Shown here in pieces: positions 7,608-14,576 of a stretch of 46,576 nt of DNA. The DNA is from a virus. Numbering within the stretch: position 1 is the first letter of the stretch; each line of letters begins with the position of its first letter. The notes below the pieces were generated by a model. It was not told the origin of the DNA. It saw only the letters and a list, made by a program, of their open reading frames with translations, and did not search any database. Both the position numbers and the translations under genes were made by a program. Location: the IMG/VR virus record IMGVR_UViG_3300025732_000004; one strand, given 5' to 3'.

Positions 7608-8342
7608 ATGCCACGCACCACCACACAGCCGGCGCCAGACGTCGCTGGCTCCTATCGCTTCCACCTAACGGCGCGCAGCGCTAACGCCAAAACCGGCCCG
7701 ATACCGGTTTCGACATCGCCGGCGCAGACGTGTCCCACGGGCGACGTCTGCCCTTTTAAGGGCAATGGCTGTTACGCGGAACGGGGCCCGCTGGCGCTTC
7801 ATTGGCGCGCTGTCAGTGAAGGGCGCCGCGGTGTGCCGTGGGGCGCCTTTCTCAATGCGATCCGGGCGCTACCGGTGGGGACGCTATGGCGCCACAACCA
7901 GGCCGGCGACCTTTACAAGCCACAGACGGCTATCGGGCGCACAGCGCTGGCGGCGCTAGTCGACGCAAACCGCGGCCGGCGCGGGTTCACCTACAGCCAC
8001 CACCGGCGCACACCGGCGGTAGCGCAAGCGTTTTGCGCTGCTACCGCTAACGGCTTCACTGTTAACGCCAGCTGCCACAGTGAGGCAGAGGCAGACGCCG
8101 CCATCGCCAATGGCTTGCGCGCCGTGTTTGTGGTCGCCGCGGATGATCCCCGCACTATCTGGCGCACAGCTGGCGGCAACCGCGCCGTTGTCTGCCCGGC
8201 ACAGCGCTTTGATGCCATGACGTGCGAGCGGTGCCGTTTGTGTCATGCGCGGCCGCAGGAGGTGGCGGTGGTGTTCCGGGCGCACGGCACCGGTGCCGCT
8301 GCGATCGAACGCGCGATAGCCGCGGCCGGCGCCAATGGCTGA
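7608..8342 (+). CDS. Cys-rich phage protein, GP88-like (244 aa)
   Basis: AKTGPIPVSTSPAQTCPTGDVCPFKGNGCYA near the N-terminus and CPAQRFDAMTCERCRLCH near the C-terminus. This matches my memory of the GP88 family pattern. Function unknown. Confidence 0.5.
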   Translation: MPRTTTQPAPDVAGSYRFHLTARSANAKTGPIPVSTSPAQTCPTGDVCPFKGNGCYAERGPLALHWRAVSEGRRGVPWGAFLNAIRALPVGTLWRHNQAGDLYKPQTAIGRTALAALVDANRGRRGFTYSHHRRTPAVAQAFCAATANGFTVNASCHSEAEADAAIANGLRAVFVVAADDPRTIWRTAGGNRAVVCPAQRFDAMTCERCRLCHARPQEVAVVFRAHGTGAAAIERAIAAAGANG

Positions 8343-8778
8343 GCGGCACCGCGCCACTGACGCCGAGCGCCGCCAGCGGGAGGCGGACGCGCTGGCGCTG
8401 TTGAGCGCTGGAGCCGGTAGCGCCTTTGCGGCGCAGACGCTGGCGGAGCGCTACGGCTGCAGCCTGAGGCAAGCGCGCCGCTATGTGGCGGCCGCGTCCT
8501 TTGAGCTAGTAGAGCCAGCCACGCCGGCCGAGCTTGACCGACTGGCCATGCTGTCGTTGCACCGCTTGGATCTAGTGGCCGGCCGGGCGATGGCGGCCGG
8601 CGATGACACGCTGGCCGTGCGCGCTACGCGCGCGCAAGCTGCGGCGCTGGCGCAGTTCCGGCGCGCCATCACAGCGCCGGCCGTACGGTTCCGGCTGGCG
8701 GATGCCCGGCCGCTACCACGCGGCCAGCCGGCGCCGGGCGATGGCGCCGCGGATCCGGAGCCCATGCCATGGGACTAA
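8335..8778 (+). CDS. HTH DNA-binding protein (147 aa)
   Basis: The segment AFAAQTLAERYGCSLRQARRYVAAA is helix-turn-helix-like and is followed by a helical region. Last gene of the plus-strand cassette. Confidence 0.5.
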   Translation: MAERHRATDAERRQREADALALLSAGAGSAFAAQTLAERYGCSLRQARRYVAAASFELVEPATPAELDRLAMLSLHRLDLVAGRAMAAGDDTLAVRATRAQAAALAQFRRAITAPAVRFRLADARPLPRGQPAPGDGAADPEPMPWD

Positions 8779-8805
8779 GCCGGCTCCCCCGGCGCCCCAC
8801 CACTA

Positions 8806-8830
8806 GCGCCCCGGCATGGGGCGCCTTTTT
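8806..8830 (+). terminator. Rho-independent terminator of the plus-strand cassette
   Basis: gcgcccc (8806-8812), loop ggcat, ggggcgc (8818-8824), then c + ttttt (8826-8830). It starts 28 nt after the stop at 8778. Confidence 0.65.
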
Positions 8831-9191
8831 CATGCGCCGCCAGCGCCGGCCGCGGCTGTGCGCCATGGGCGGCGCTGGCGCCTTTTATGGCCTTGCTATG
8901 GCCGCCGCTGGCGCCGCGGTGCCGGTGCTGCGATCCGGTGCCCATGGCACGGGGCGGCGCCAGCGGCTGCCGCGCCGCGGTGCCGCTGTTGCGATTGCGT
9001 CTCAATAGCGTTAGCGCCCGTGGCTGTGGGCGGCTGTGGTTGGAGCGGCGCCGGTGGCACGAGGTGCCAGGCGCCGCAACGTCCACTGCTACGCAGACGC
9101 CCCCACGTTACCACCGCTGGAGCCGCCGCGGCCACCGGCGCTACCCCCACGATCTGGTGCCCAGCCGCTAGAGCCGCCAGAGCCATCCCCT

Positions 9192-9332
9192 TGAATGCGT
9201 TTTTGAGCCATGAATGGCATTACGCCATGAATGGCATTTGCGCGGTGAATGGCGCTGGCGCGGTGAATGCGTTTTGAGGCGGGGCGTGCCTTGAATGCGA
9301 ATCTGGTGCCCAGCAGCTCATGCAGTGAATGG
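9192..9332 (+). repeat. Iteron-like array: seven direct copies of TGAATG(G/C)
   Basis: Copies start at 9192, 9211, 9228, 9246, 9264, 9292 and 9326, all in the same orientation, with spacings of 19, 17, 18, 18, 28 and 34 nt. Longer sub-repeats: ccatgaatggcat x2 and gcggtgaatg x2. Confidence 0.8.
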
Positions 9333-9340
9333 CGCGGGCG

Positions 9341-9943
9341 CTACTGGTGGCGCGACAGCAGCTGTAGCAAGTCGGCTTGGAGGCGTAGGGCGCCGATGGC
9401 GTTGGAGCCCTGGCGCATCTGGAGCGCCTGCTCTAACACTTGCTCCAGCTGCTGAATCATCTGCGCCGCTTTGTCTTTGCGGACGTAGACGTCAACGTCG
9501 ACCACCATCTGCTTCCGCGCTTCGTGCATCCGTGACTCTGCGGCACGAGACAGGAGCCCCCACTCATCGGCACATAGCTGGCGTATCTGATTCGGGCGCT
9601 TGCCCATAGTTAGCCACTCCTGCACTTGCGCTACCTGTGCCGCAATCTCCATTGCGCTGTAGGCGTTGCGGCGCCTCTTGGCGGGTGGCGCGTCGGCGTC
9701 AATGGCTTCGGGGCTATCTGTAGAGGTAGCTTCTGTGGCTTCGGGGGCTGCGCTGCTATCTGGGGCCCCCGCGTCGTCAGCTTCGGTGGCGGCAGCGGCG
9801 ATGGCGCAAGCGGCGTCAGCGGCTTCGGGCTCCTCGGCGGTGGGTGGCTCTTGAGGTGGGGCGGCTTCGGGCGGCGTCTGTGGCTCCTCGAGCACTGGAG
9901 CTGGGGCCTTAGGGCTTGGCTCAGGTGGCGGGAGCGAGATCAT
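9341..9943 (-). CDS. HTH protein with a long acidic Pro/Ala/Glu N-terminal region; candidate terminase small subunit
   Basis: The C-terminal half (QVQEWLTMGKRPNQIRQLCADEWGLLSRAAESRMHEARK + helical tail) has the HTH-plus-oligomerisation layout common in small terminases. The gene carries the leader motif shared with the structural genes and abuts the iteron array. No motif-level proof. Confidence 0.35.
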   Translation of the reverse strand: MISLPPPEPSPKAPAPVLEEPQTPPEAAPPQEPPTAEEPEAADAACAIAAAATEADDAGAPDSSAAPEATEATSTDSPEAIDADAPPAKRRRNAYSAMEIAAQVAQVQEWLTMGKRPNQIRQLCADEWGLLSRAAESRMHEARKQMVVDVDVYVRKDKAAQMIQQLEQVLEQALQMRQGSNAIGALRLQADLLQLLSRHQ

Positions 9944-9953
9944 CGCGACTACA

Positions 9954-9973
9954 GCGTTACGCTATGTTTCCCC
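9954..9973 (-). promoter_or_regulatory. Leader motif copy GGGGAAACATAGCGTAACGC, 10 nt upstream of ATG 9943
   Basis: Read on the minus strand; aligns with the tail-tube copy GGGAAACCTAGCGGTAACCC. Confidence 0.5.
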
Positions 9974-10025
9974 GCCCACGCCCGCGAAGCGGGCAGCGGC
10001 GGTGGCTTGGGAGCGGTGAATGGGG

Positions 10026-10076
10026 ATCTAGCCTGCGGCTAGATACACCTTCCCCAATAATAGCTACTATAGCTAT
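10026..10076. promoter_or_regulatory. Two operator-like palindromes in an AT-rich patch
   Basis: atctagcc-tgc-ggctagat (10026-10044) and atagcta-cta-tagctat (10060-10076), upstream of gene 9341..9943. Confidence 0.4.
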
Positions 10077-10101
10077 AGGAGCCGCCCCCGCAAGGGGCGC
10101 C

Positions 10102-10281
10102 TTAGGAGCCGTAGAACGCCTCTAGAGCCTCACAGTGCTCCCGGAGCCACTCGTTAATGGCTACCTGAGCTAGATGCGATACAGAGACGCCCATAAGCTC
10201 CGAGAGCTGGGTGAGCTTGCGCTTGTCAGCAGGGTATGGGTTAAAGGCTACGCGCTTGGCGCAGGAGGTTGACTCAGTCAT
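10102..10281 (-). CDS. Ribbon-helix-helix (CopG/Arc-like) protein, 59 aa
   Basis: My translation is MTESTSCAKRVAFNPYPADKRKLTQLSELMGVSVSHLAQVAINEWLREHCEALEAFYGS, a strand-helix-helix layout. The ORF starts 3 nt after the upstream stop. Not in the ORF track (<60 aa). Confidence 0.5.
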   Translation of the reverse strand: MTESTSCAKRVAFNPYPADKRKLTQLSELMGVSVSHLAQVAINEWLREHCEALEAFYGS

Positions 10282-10284
10282 GGC

Positions 10285-10761
10285 TCAGCCCTCCTCGCCG
10301 GTGTCGTCTTTGGCGATGTCGTACTCTTCGCCGCCGACGACATCAAGCATGGCGGTCATCAGGTCGCCGGTGCTGGGAGCGTGCTCTAGCTGGGGCAGCA
10401 GCTTCACCAGCTTGGGAATGGTGATGGCGTAATGCACCTCGTTGATGAAAGTCGCCTCCGGGCCGTCGTGGACGTAGGTGACTTTGAGGATGCCCTTGTG
10501 CTCCGTTGGCTTGACGCTGGGGTCAACGGTGAACTCCACGCCGTACGGGTAGAAGTCAGGCGGGGTTTCGATTGCGTTGCGGAACTGGAGGCCGAAACCC
10601 ATCACCACCTTCTGGGGCGCTGGCGGGGCAAAGTCCTTGGCGTTGGTCTGGTTGGCGACGTAGGCGCAGTCGTAGTTGATCAGTAGCCCAAGCAGGTCCC
10701 AGAGAGCGATGCCGGTGTCGCGGTTCTCGGGCAGCAGTTGGCTAAAAAGCGGGTGGGTCAT
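10285..10761 (-). CDS. Hypothetical protein (start MTHPLF at 10761; the track start 10800 lies upstream of the proposed promoter)
   Basis: ORF with normal composition. Confidence 0.6.
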   Translation of the reverse strand: MTHPLFSQLLPENRDTGIALWDLLGLLINYDCAYVANQTNAKDFAPPAPQKVVMGFGLQFRNAIETPPDFYPYGVEFTVDPSVKPTEHKGILKVTYVHDGPEATFINEVHYAITIPKLVKLLPQLEHAPSTGDLMTAMLDVVGGEEYDIAKDDTGEEG

Positions 10762-10799
10762 GGCAGTAGCAGTGTCGGGCGTCCTGCGCCCGTGTGCCA

Positions 10800-10829
10800 A
10801 GTATGCACCCTGGCTAGCTAGGTAGTCAA
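10800..10829 (-). promoter_or_regulatory. Candidate sigma-70-type promoter: TTGACT, 18-nt spacer, CATACT (minus strand)
   Basis: On the plus strand, agtcaa is at 10824-10829 and agtatg at 10800-10805. The spacer contains CTACCTAGCTAG. Confidence 0.35.
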
Positions 10830-10842
10830 GGGGGCGTAGCGG

Positions 10843-11169
10843 CTAGGTTGCGTCAGCAGCATCAGCCGCGTAGTAATGGCTCACTAGGTCATCCATGTCC
10901 CAGCTGCCATCAGCGTGGTGCCAGAAAATGGTGATCTCGGTAAGTACCTCCTGGGAGCCATCAGTGGCGGGGACGTGCTCCTCCAGCAGGGCGTCTAAGG
11001 CGCTATCGAGCTGGTGCCCTGTGATGATGCCTCTCAGTACAAAGGTGCGATCCTCCAGCGCGGTGGCGTAGCAGGCGGTGGGCCAATGCAGCACGATCGC
11101 GGTATGCGATACCGGTGGCTCGTCCATAAGCCGGTGCCAGAGCCTCCTGATGGCGTTGAGTGGGTTCAT
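10843..11169 (-). CDS. Hypothetical protein (108 aa)
   Basis: ORF with normal composition. Confidence 0.6.
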   Translation of the reverse strand: MNPLNAIRRLWHRLMDEPPVSHTAIVLHWPTACYATALEDRTFVLRGIITGHQLDSALDALLEEHVPATDGSQEVLTEITIFWHHADGSWDMDDLVSHYYAADAADAT

Positions 11170-11212
11170 GCTGACTGATGCGGTCAGGTAGAGCGGAGAA
11201 CGTCGGGAAGGC

Positions 11213-11908
11213 TTAAGGCTCCTGTGGCATTGAGTAGTACGCCTTCAGGCGTGCTTTGAAGCGGGTGGTGGCCGCGGCCAACTCGTCGGCGTCTAGCTCC
11301 CAGATGTCTGGTGCCGGGCCCGCAGGGCGGGCAATCACGAGTAGCGCACGCTGGGGTACAACGCCGTACACGTACTTGAGCCCCAACGCGTATCCGGCGA
11401 GCTGACAGAAGTAGTCCTCGACGAGGGTGGCGTCACGCTTGCGCTTTGACGTCTTCCAGTCCAGCAGCGTTAGCGCCTCAGGGGCTTTGCCGTAGTTGAC
11501 GTAGCCGAGTGCGTCAAAGGTGCCTGCGAAGCCCAGGGGGCTATACACAGTTCGCTCAATCGCCACTTTCTGGTCCCAGTGGTTCTGGAGCCAGGGGCGA
11601 ATGTTGCGCCAGTAGCCGCTAAAGGCGAAGTGCTGGGGGTCAGTGAATGGCTCGCCAGCGCTGTGCGCGTTGATCCAGCCCTCGATGGCTTTGTGCGTCC
11701 AGGTGCCGCGCTGCTTCGCAGCGGTGCTGATGGCTTCGGCGTCGGGGCGCTGGAGCCACTGTTGGAGGCGCTCCTTGCCGGCGCTGGTGGCGCCGAGGAT
11801 CGTCGTCATCGGCGGTTGGCGGCCCAGCGGCGTCTTGTACGTCTTGTGATCTGGGGCGCAGATCGCAATGCCGCGGGCGGGGGGTAGCTCTAACAGGCGC
11901 TCAGGCAT
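11213..11908 (-). CDS. PD-(D/E)XK nuclease (RecB/Cas4-like exonuclease)
   Basis: GTFDALGYV ... LTLLDWKTSKRKR ... QLAGYALGL corresponds to the D...(D/E)xK...QxxxY motif order of this superfamily. Confidence 0.6.
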   Translation of the reverse strand: MPERLLELPPARGIAICAPDHKTYKTPLGRQPPMTTILGATSAGKERLQQWLQRPDAEAISTAAKQRGTWTHKAIEGWINAHSAGEPFTDPQHFAFSGYWRNIRPWLQNHWDQKVAIERTVYSPLGFAGTFDALGYVNYGKAPEALTLLDWKTSKRKRDATLVEDYFCQLAGYALGLKYVYGVVPQRALLVIARPAGPAPDIWELDADELAAATTRFKARLKAYYSMPQEP

Positions 11909-12092
11909 CGGTGTGGTCCGCGCACCAGTCCTCAGGCAGCGTCATCGGCCAGGTGCCCCAACCCTTGGCGTCAATGGAGCTGGGGCTGTGGTGGCGACAC
12001 TCGCCAACGGCTCCGGTGCCAGCGTCGCCCTCGCGCCAATAGTTGCAGTTGGCGCAGGAGGCTTTCGCCAGTGCTTCGTCAAGGACGCCCAT
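11901..12092 (-). CDS. Small Cys-rich protein (63 aa; CANCNYW...GECRHH...WCADH)
   Basis: The four-Cys pattern is common in small phage proteins. Overlaps its neighbours by a few nt. Confidence 0.55.
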   Translation of the reverse strand: MGVLDEALAKASCANCNYWREGDAGTGAVGECRHHSPSSIDAKGWGTWPMTLPEDWCADHTDA

Positions 12093-12294
12093 AGATCAGC
12101 TCCGAAAATGGGGTGAGGCGGGTGCCGTCGCGGACGACAACCGTTAGCTGTTGCTGGTGGTGGTCAAGCCAGCGGCGGCGGGCGTTATGTGCCTCCTCGC
12201 TGGTGCTCCACCAATGCGCCTCGTCGGCGTGTTGTGTCCAGTCGACGTGGGTGCCTACATAGCCCTGGGGGCCTCGTAGCAAGTAGCGGGTCAC
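12079..12294 (-). CDS. Hypothetical protein (71 aa)
   Basis: ORF in an operon-like arrangement. Confidence 0.5.
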   Translation of the reverse strand: MTRYLLRGPQGYVGTHVDWTQHADEAHWWSTSEEAHNARRRWLDHHQQQLTVVVRDGTRLTPFSELIYGRP

Positions 12295-12593
12295 GGTGTC
12301 TCGTAGCAGTGGTCGCCACGGCGTTCACGCGTCTCAAAGAAGCCGTCTAGCTCTGGGCAGCGGTCCATCAAGAGGCGGGCGTAGTACGCCGTGTGGTTGT
12401 TGTTCAGGCGGAAGGTGCGGGCGCTGGCGCTGGTGCGGAGCATCAGCTCATAGCGGCACACCTCCCACAACGCCTTGATGCCCCAGCGGTGAATGCCCCC
12501 GCGATACAGCTGGAGTGCCAGGCGCTCCAGCGTTTCGTAGATGTGTGGGTTCTGTTCGTGAAACTCCCAGAACGCACGCTCGTGGCGGTTCAT
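12291..12593 (-). CDS. Hypothetical conserved phage protein (start MNRHERAFWEFHEQNPHIY)
   Basis: The ORF's N-terminal extension to 12662 overlaps the upstream gene and looks non-coding. Confidence 0.55.
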   Translation of the reverse strand: MNRHERAFWEFHEQNPHIYETLERLALQLYRGGIHRWGIKALWEVCRYELMLRTSASARTFRLNNNHTAYYARLLMDRCPELDGFFETRERRGDHCYETP

Positions 12594-12612
12594 AGCTGGG
12601 GCGGGGCGGCGT

Positions 12613-13215
12613 TCAGCTTTTGGTGCCGCCGAATGGGTTGCCGCCCTCGTACAGGGCTTCAAGATCCGCGCCGGCGCTGCACACCTCGTCCCAGGCGTTG
12701 ATCACCGCCTGCGCCACCTTCGTGTTGGAGCGCTTGGTGGGCACCATGTCCACGCTGTACTTCGTGTCGGTGCCTTTGCCGCGGCGGGTGATCTTCATGT
12801 CCCACTGGGGCAGGTCGGCGTAGTCCTCATCCGACGTCAGGCGCTCGATCTCAGCCAGCAGCGTCTTCTGGTTGGCGCTAAAGACTTTGACGGCTTCAGC
12901 TTCGTAGTCGTACACGAAGAAAGCGCTGCAGGGCTTGATGGCTTTGCGGCCGTCGCGCTCGGTGACGGTGCCGCCTACTTGCTTCTCAAGCTGGGCCAAC
13001 AGCTCGGCGTCGGGGTGCTGGGGCGTGATGCGCTTCGTCATCCCGCCGTCGTTCTTGGTGAACCAGATCTCCACGCCCTCCAAAGGCGCTTCAGACAGGA
13101 TGCAGAAACGGACGCTGTCGCCGTCAGAAATAGAGCTGGGGTTCAGATAGCCACCGCCGCTGCTCTCCTTGGGTGCCAGGGCAGTGGCGGTGAAGTCTTT
13201 GCTGAAAAAGGGCAC
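12613..13215 (-). CDS. Hypothetical protein; possible ssDNA-binding or annealing protein
   Basis: 200 aa, adjacent to the nuclease. The functional guess rests on position only. Confidence 0.3.
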   Translation of the reverse strand: MPFFSKDFTATALAPKESSGGGYLNPSSISDGDSVRFCILSEAPLEGVEIWFTKNDGGMTKRITPQHPDAELLAQLEKQVGGTVTERDGRKAIKPCSAFFVYDYEAEAVKVFSANQKTLLAEIERLTSDEDYADLPQWDMKITRRGKGTDTKYSVDMVPTKRSNTKVAQAVINAWDEVCSAGADLEALYEGGNPFGGTKS

Positions 13216-13247
13216 TGGACTCTGCGAGCCGTTAGGTCGGCTCCATC

Positions 13248-13472
13248 CTACCCAACCTGTGCAGGTAGGTCAACGCCGCTGAGGCTGGTGCTCTTGGTGG
13301 CTTCGCGGACCATGCGCTCGATGGCTTCGCTGCGGTTGATGCCGTTGTAGGCCGCGATGCGGGTGATCAGATCCCAGCACTCATCCGTCATGGACAGGCT
13401 TCTGCAGCGCTTGGGCGAGTTCCAGTGGGTGCGGGCTTGGCTGTCGCCCAGGCGGCGGGCACTGTCGGTCAT
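13248..13472 (-). CDS. Ribbon-helix-helix protein (74 aa)
   Basis: SLSMTDECWDLITRIAAYNGINRSEAIERMVRE has the RHH pattern. Confidence 0.5.
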   Translation of the reverse strand: MTDSARRLGDSQARTHWNSPKRCRSLSMTDECWDLITRIAAYNGINRSEAIERMVREATKSTSLSGVDLPAQVG

Positions 13473-13485
13473 CTGGGGGCATTAG

Positions 13486-14172
13486 CTACTTAGGGAGAGT
13501 AGCGGCAATGACCTCCCACAGGGCGTCCTCCGTCGTCTCAGCGATGGCCGCCAGCTTCGGTAGCTGGCCGAGGAGCCGGTCGCCGTGGATGGTGCGGCCC
13601 ATCAGCACGTCCTCCGCTATCGCGCAGCTGGTGCGGAGTTCTGGCATGGAGCTGAGCCAGTCAATGCCGAGGGTGGGGAGGCGCAGGCGCAGGTAGCGGC
13701 CTAGCTCTTCGCAGGCCGCGGCCTCGGCTTCGGAAGGGATCTGGCGGTCGATGCGGGCGGCCAGAGCTCTAAGGCCCGTGAACGCCTCGAAGAGGCCCAC
13801 AGGGCCCATCACCACCCCAGCAGCGTCACGGAGGGGCTCTCGGCCCTCCCAGATGCCTCTGAGCGTGTCTGGCAGCTTCTTAGGCAGTCCGATGTCCGCC
13901 ACCTCCTCGATTTGATCTGGGGCGATGCCGAGGGAGGTGGCGTGGGCGACGTTCAGGTAGCCCACGGCGAGGAAGACGCGAGGGGCGGGGTCGCGCAACT
14001 TGCGGGTGCTGAAGCCGCCCATCTGGCTGGAGTGGAACAGGCGCCCTTGGAGGTACGCCTCCGAGAGCTTCAGGAGCTGGGGCTGTGTGAACTGCGAGAG
14101 CCAAGCACGCCACACCGGCGCAAAGGCGGCACTGCCTTGGTCGAGCACCATCAGTACGGGGTTGAGACTCAT
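13486..14172 (-). CDS. Hypothetical protein (228 aa)
   Basis: ORF with normal composition. First gene after the 400-bp non-coding region. Confidence 0.65.
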   Translation of the reverse strand: MSLNPVLMVLDQGSAAFAPVWRAWLSQFTQPQLLKLSEAYLQGRLFHSSQMGGFSTRKLRDPAPRVFLAVGYLNVAHATSLGIAPDQIEEVADIGLPKKLPDTLRGIWEGREPLRDAAGVVMGPVGLFEAFTGLRALAARIDRQIPSEAEAAACEELGRYLRLRLPTLGIDWLSSMPELRTSCAIAEDVLMGRTIHGDRLLGQLPKLAAIAETTEDALWEVIAATLPK

Positions 14173-14507
14173 TGGAGCTATGTAGGTAGGAACTACCGTA
14201 CTGCTAACAGGGGCATTTGGGCAAAGTCCCTTAGATACTCTGGTCCGTACAGTGACTTACCTATCCCCACACACGTTGTGGGGGAAGGGATTTGGGTGCG
14301 GCACTAGGGGTAAGTCGAGATGAGGCGGTGACTCATGTCCTGCCTCATCTCACCTGTATCAGTGGTGAGACAGGCCACCAGCACAGGTGCGGCATGAGGT
14401 GAGGCGCTGCCGCACCCCTGACTGACGCCCCTGCCGCACCTAAATCCACTGCAGCGCAAAGGGTCTCAGCGAGATGAGTCAAAAATAGACCGAGTGTATA
14501 TAGGGAA

Positions 14508-14550
14508 AACCCCCTGCCGCAGGCGCCGGATGGTGCCGCAGCAGGGGGTT
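14508..14550 (-). terminator. Terminator-like hairpin after the primase-helicase gene
   Basis: aaccccctgc (14508-14517) pairs with gcagggggtt (14541-14550). On the minus strand the stem runs into tttt(cc). It begins 27 nt after the stop at 14577. Confidence 0.5.
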
Positions 14551-14576
14551 GTGCGTGAGACGCGTGTGTCGCGCCG

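Noticed and set aside
8816-9277. ORFs of 79-153 aa on both strands in the 8779-9340 region
   Set aside because: All are Arg/Ala/Pro/Cys/Trp-rich with no plausible start context. The region is better explained as structured non-coding DNA with hairpins and iterons.
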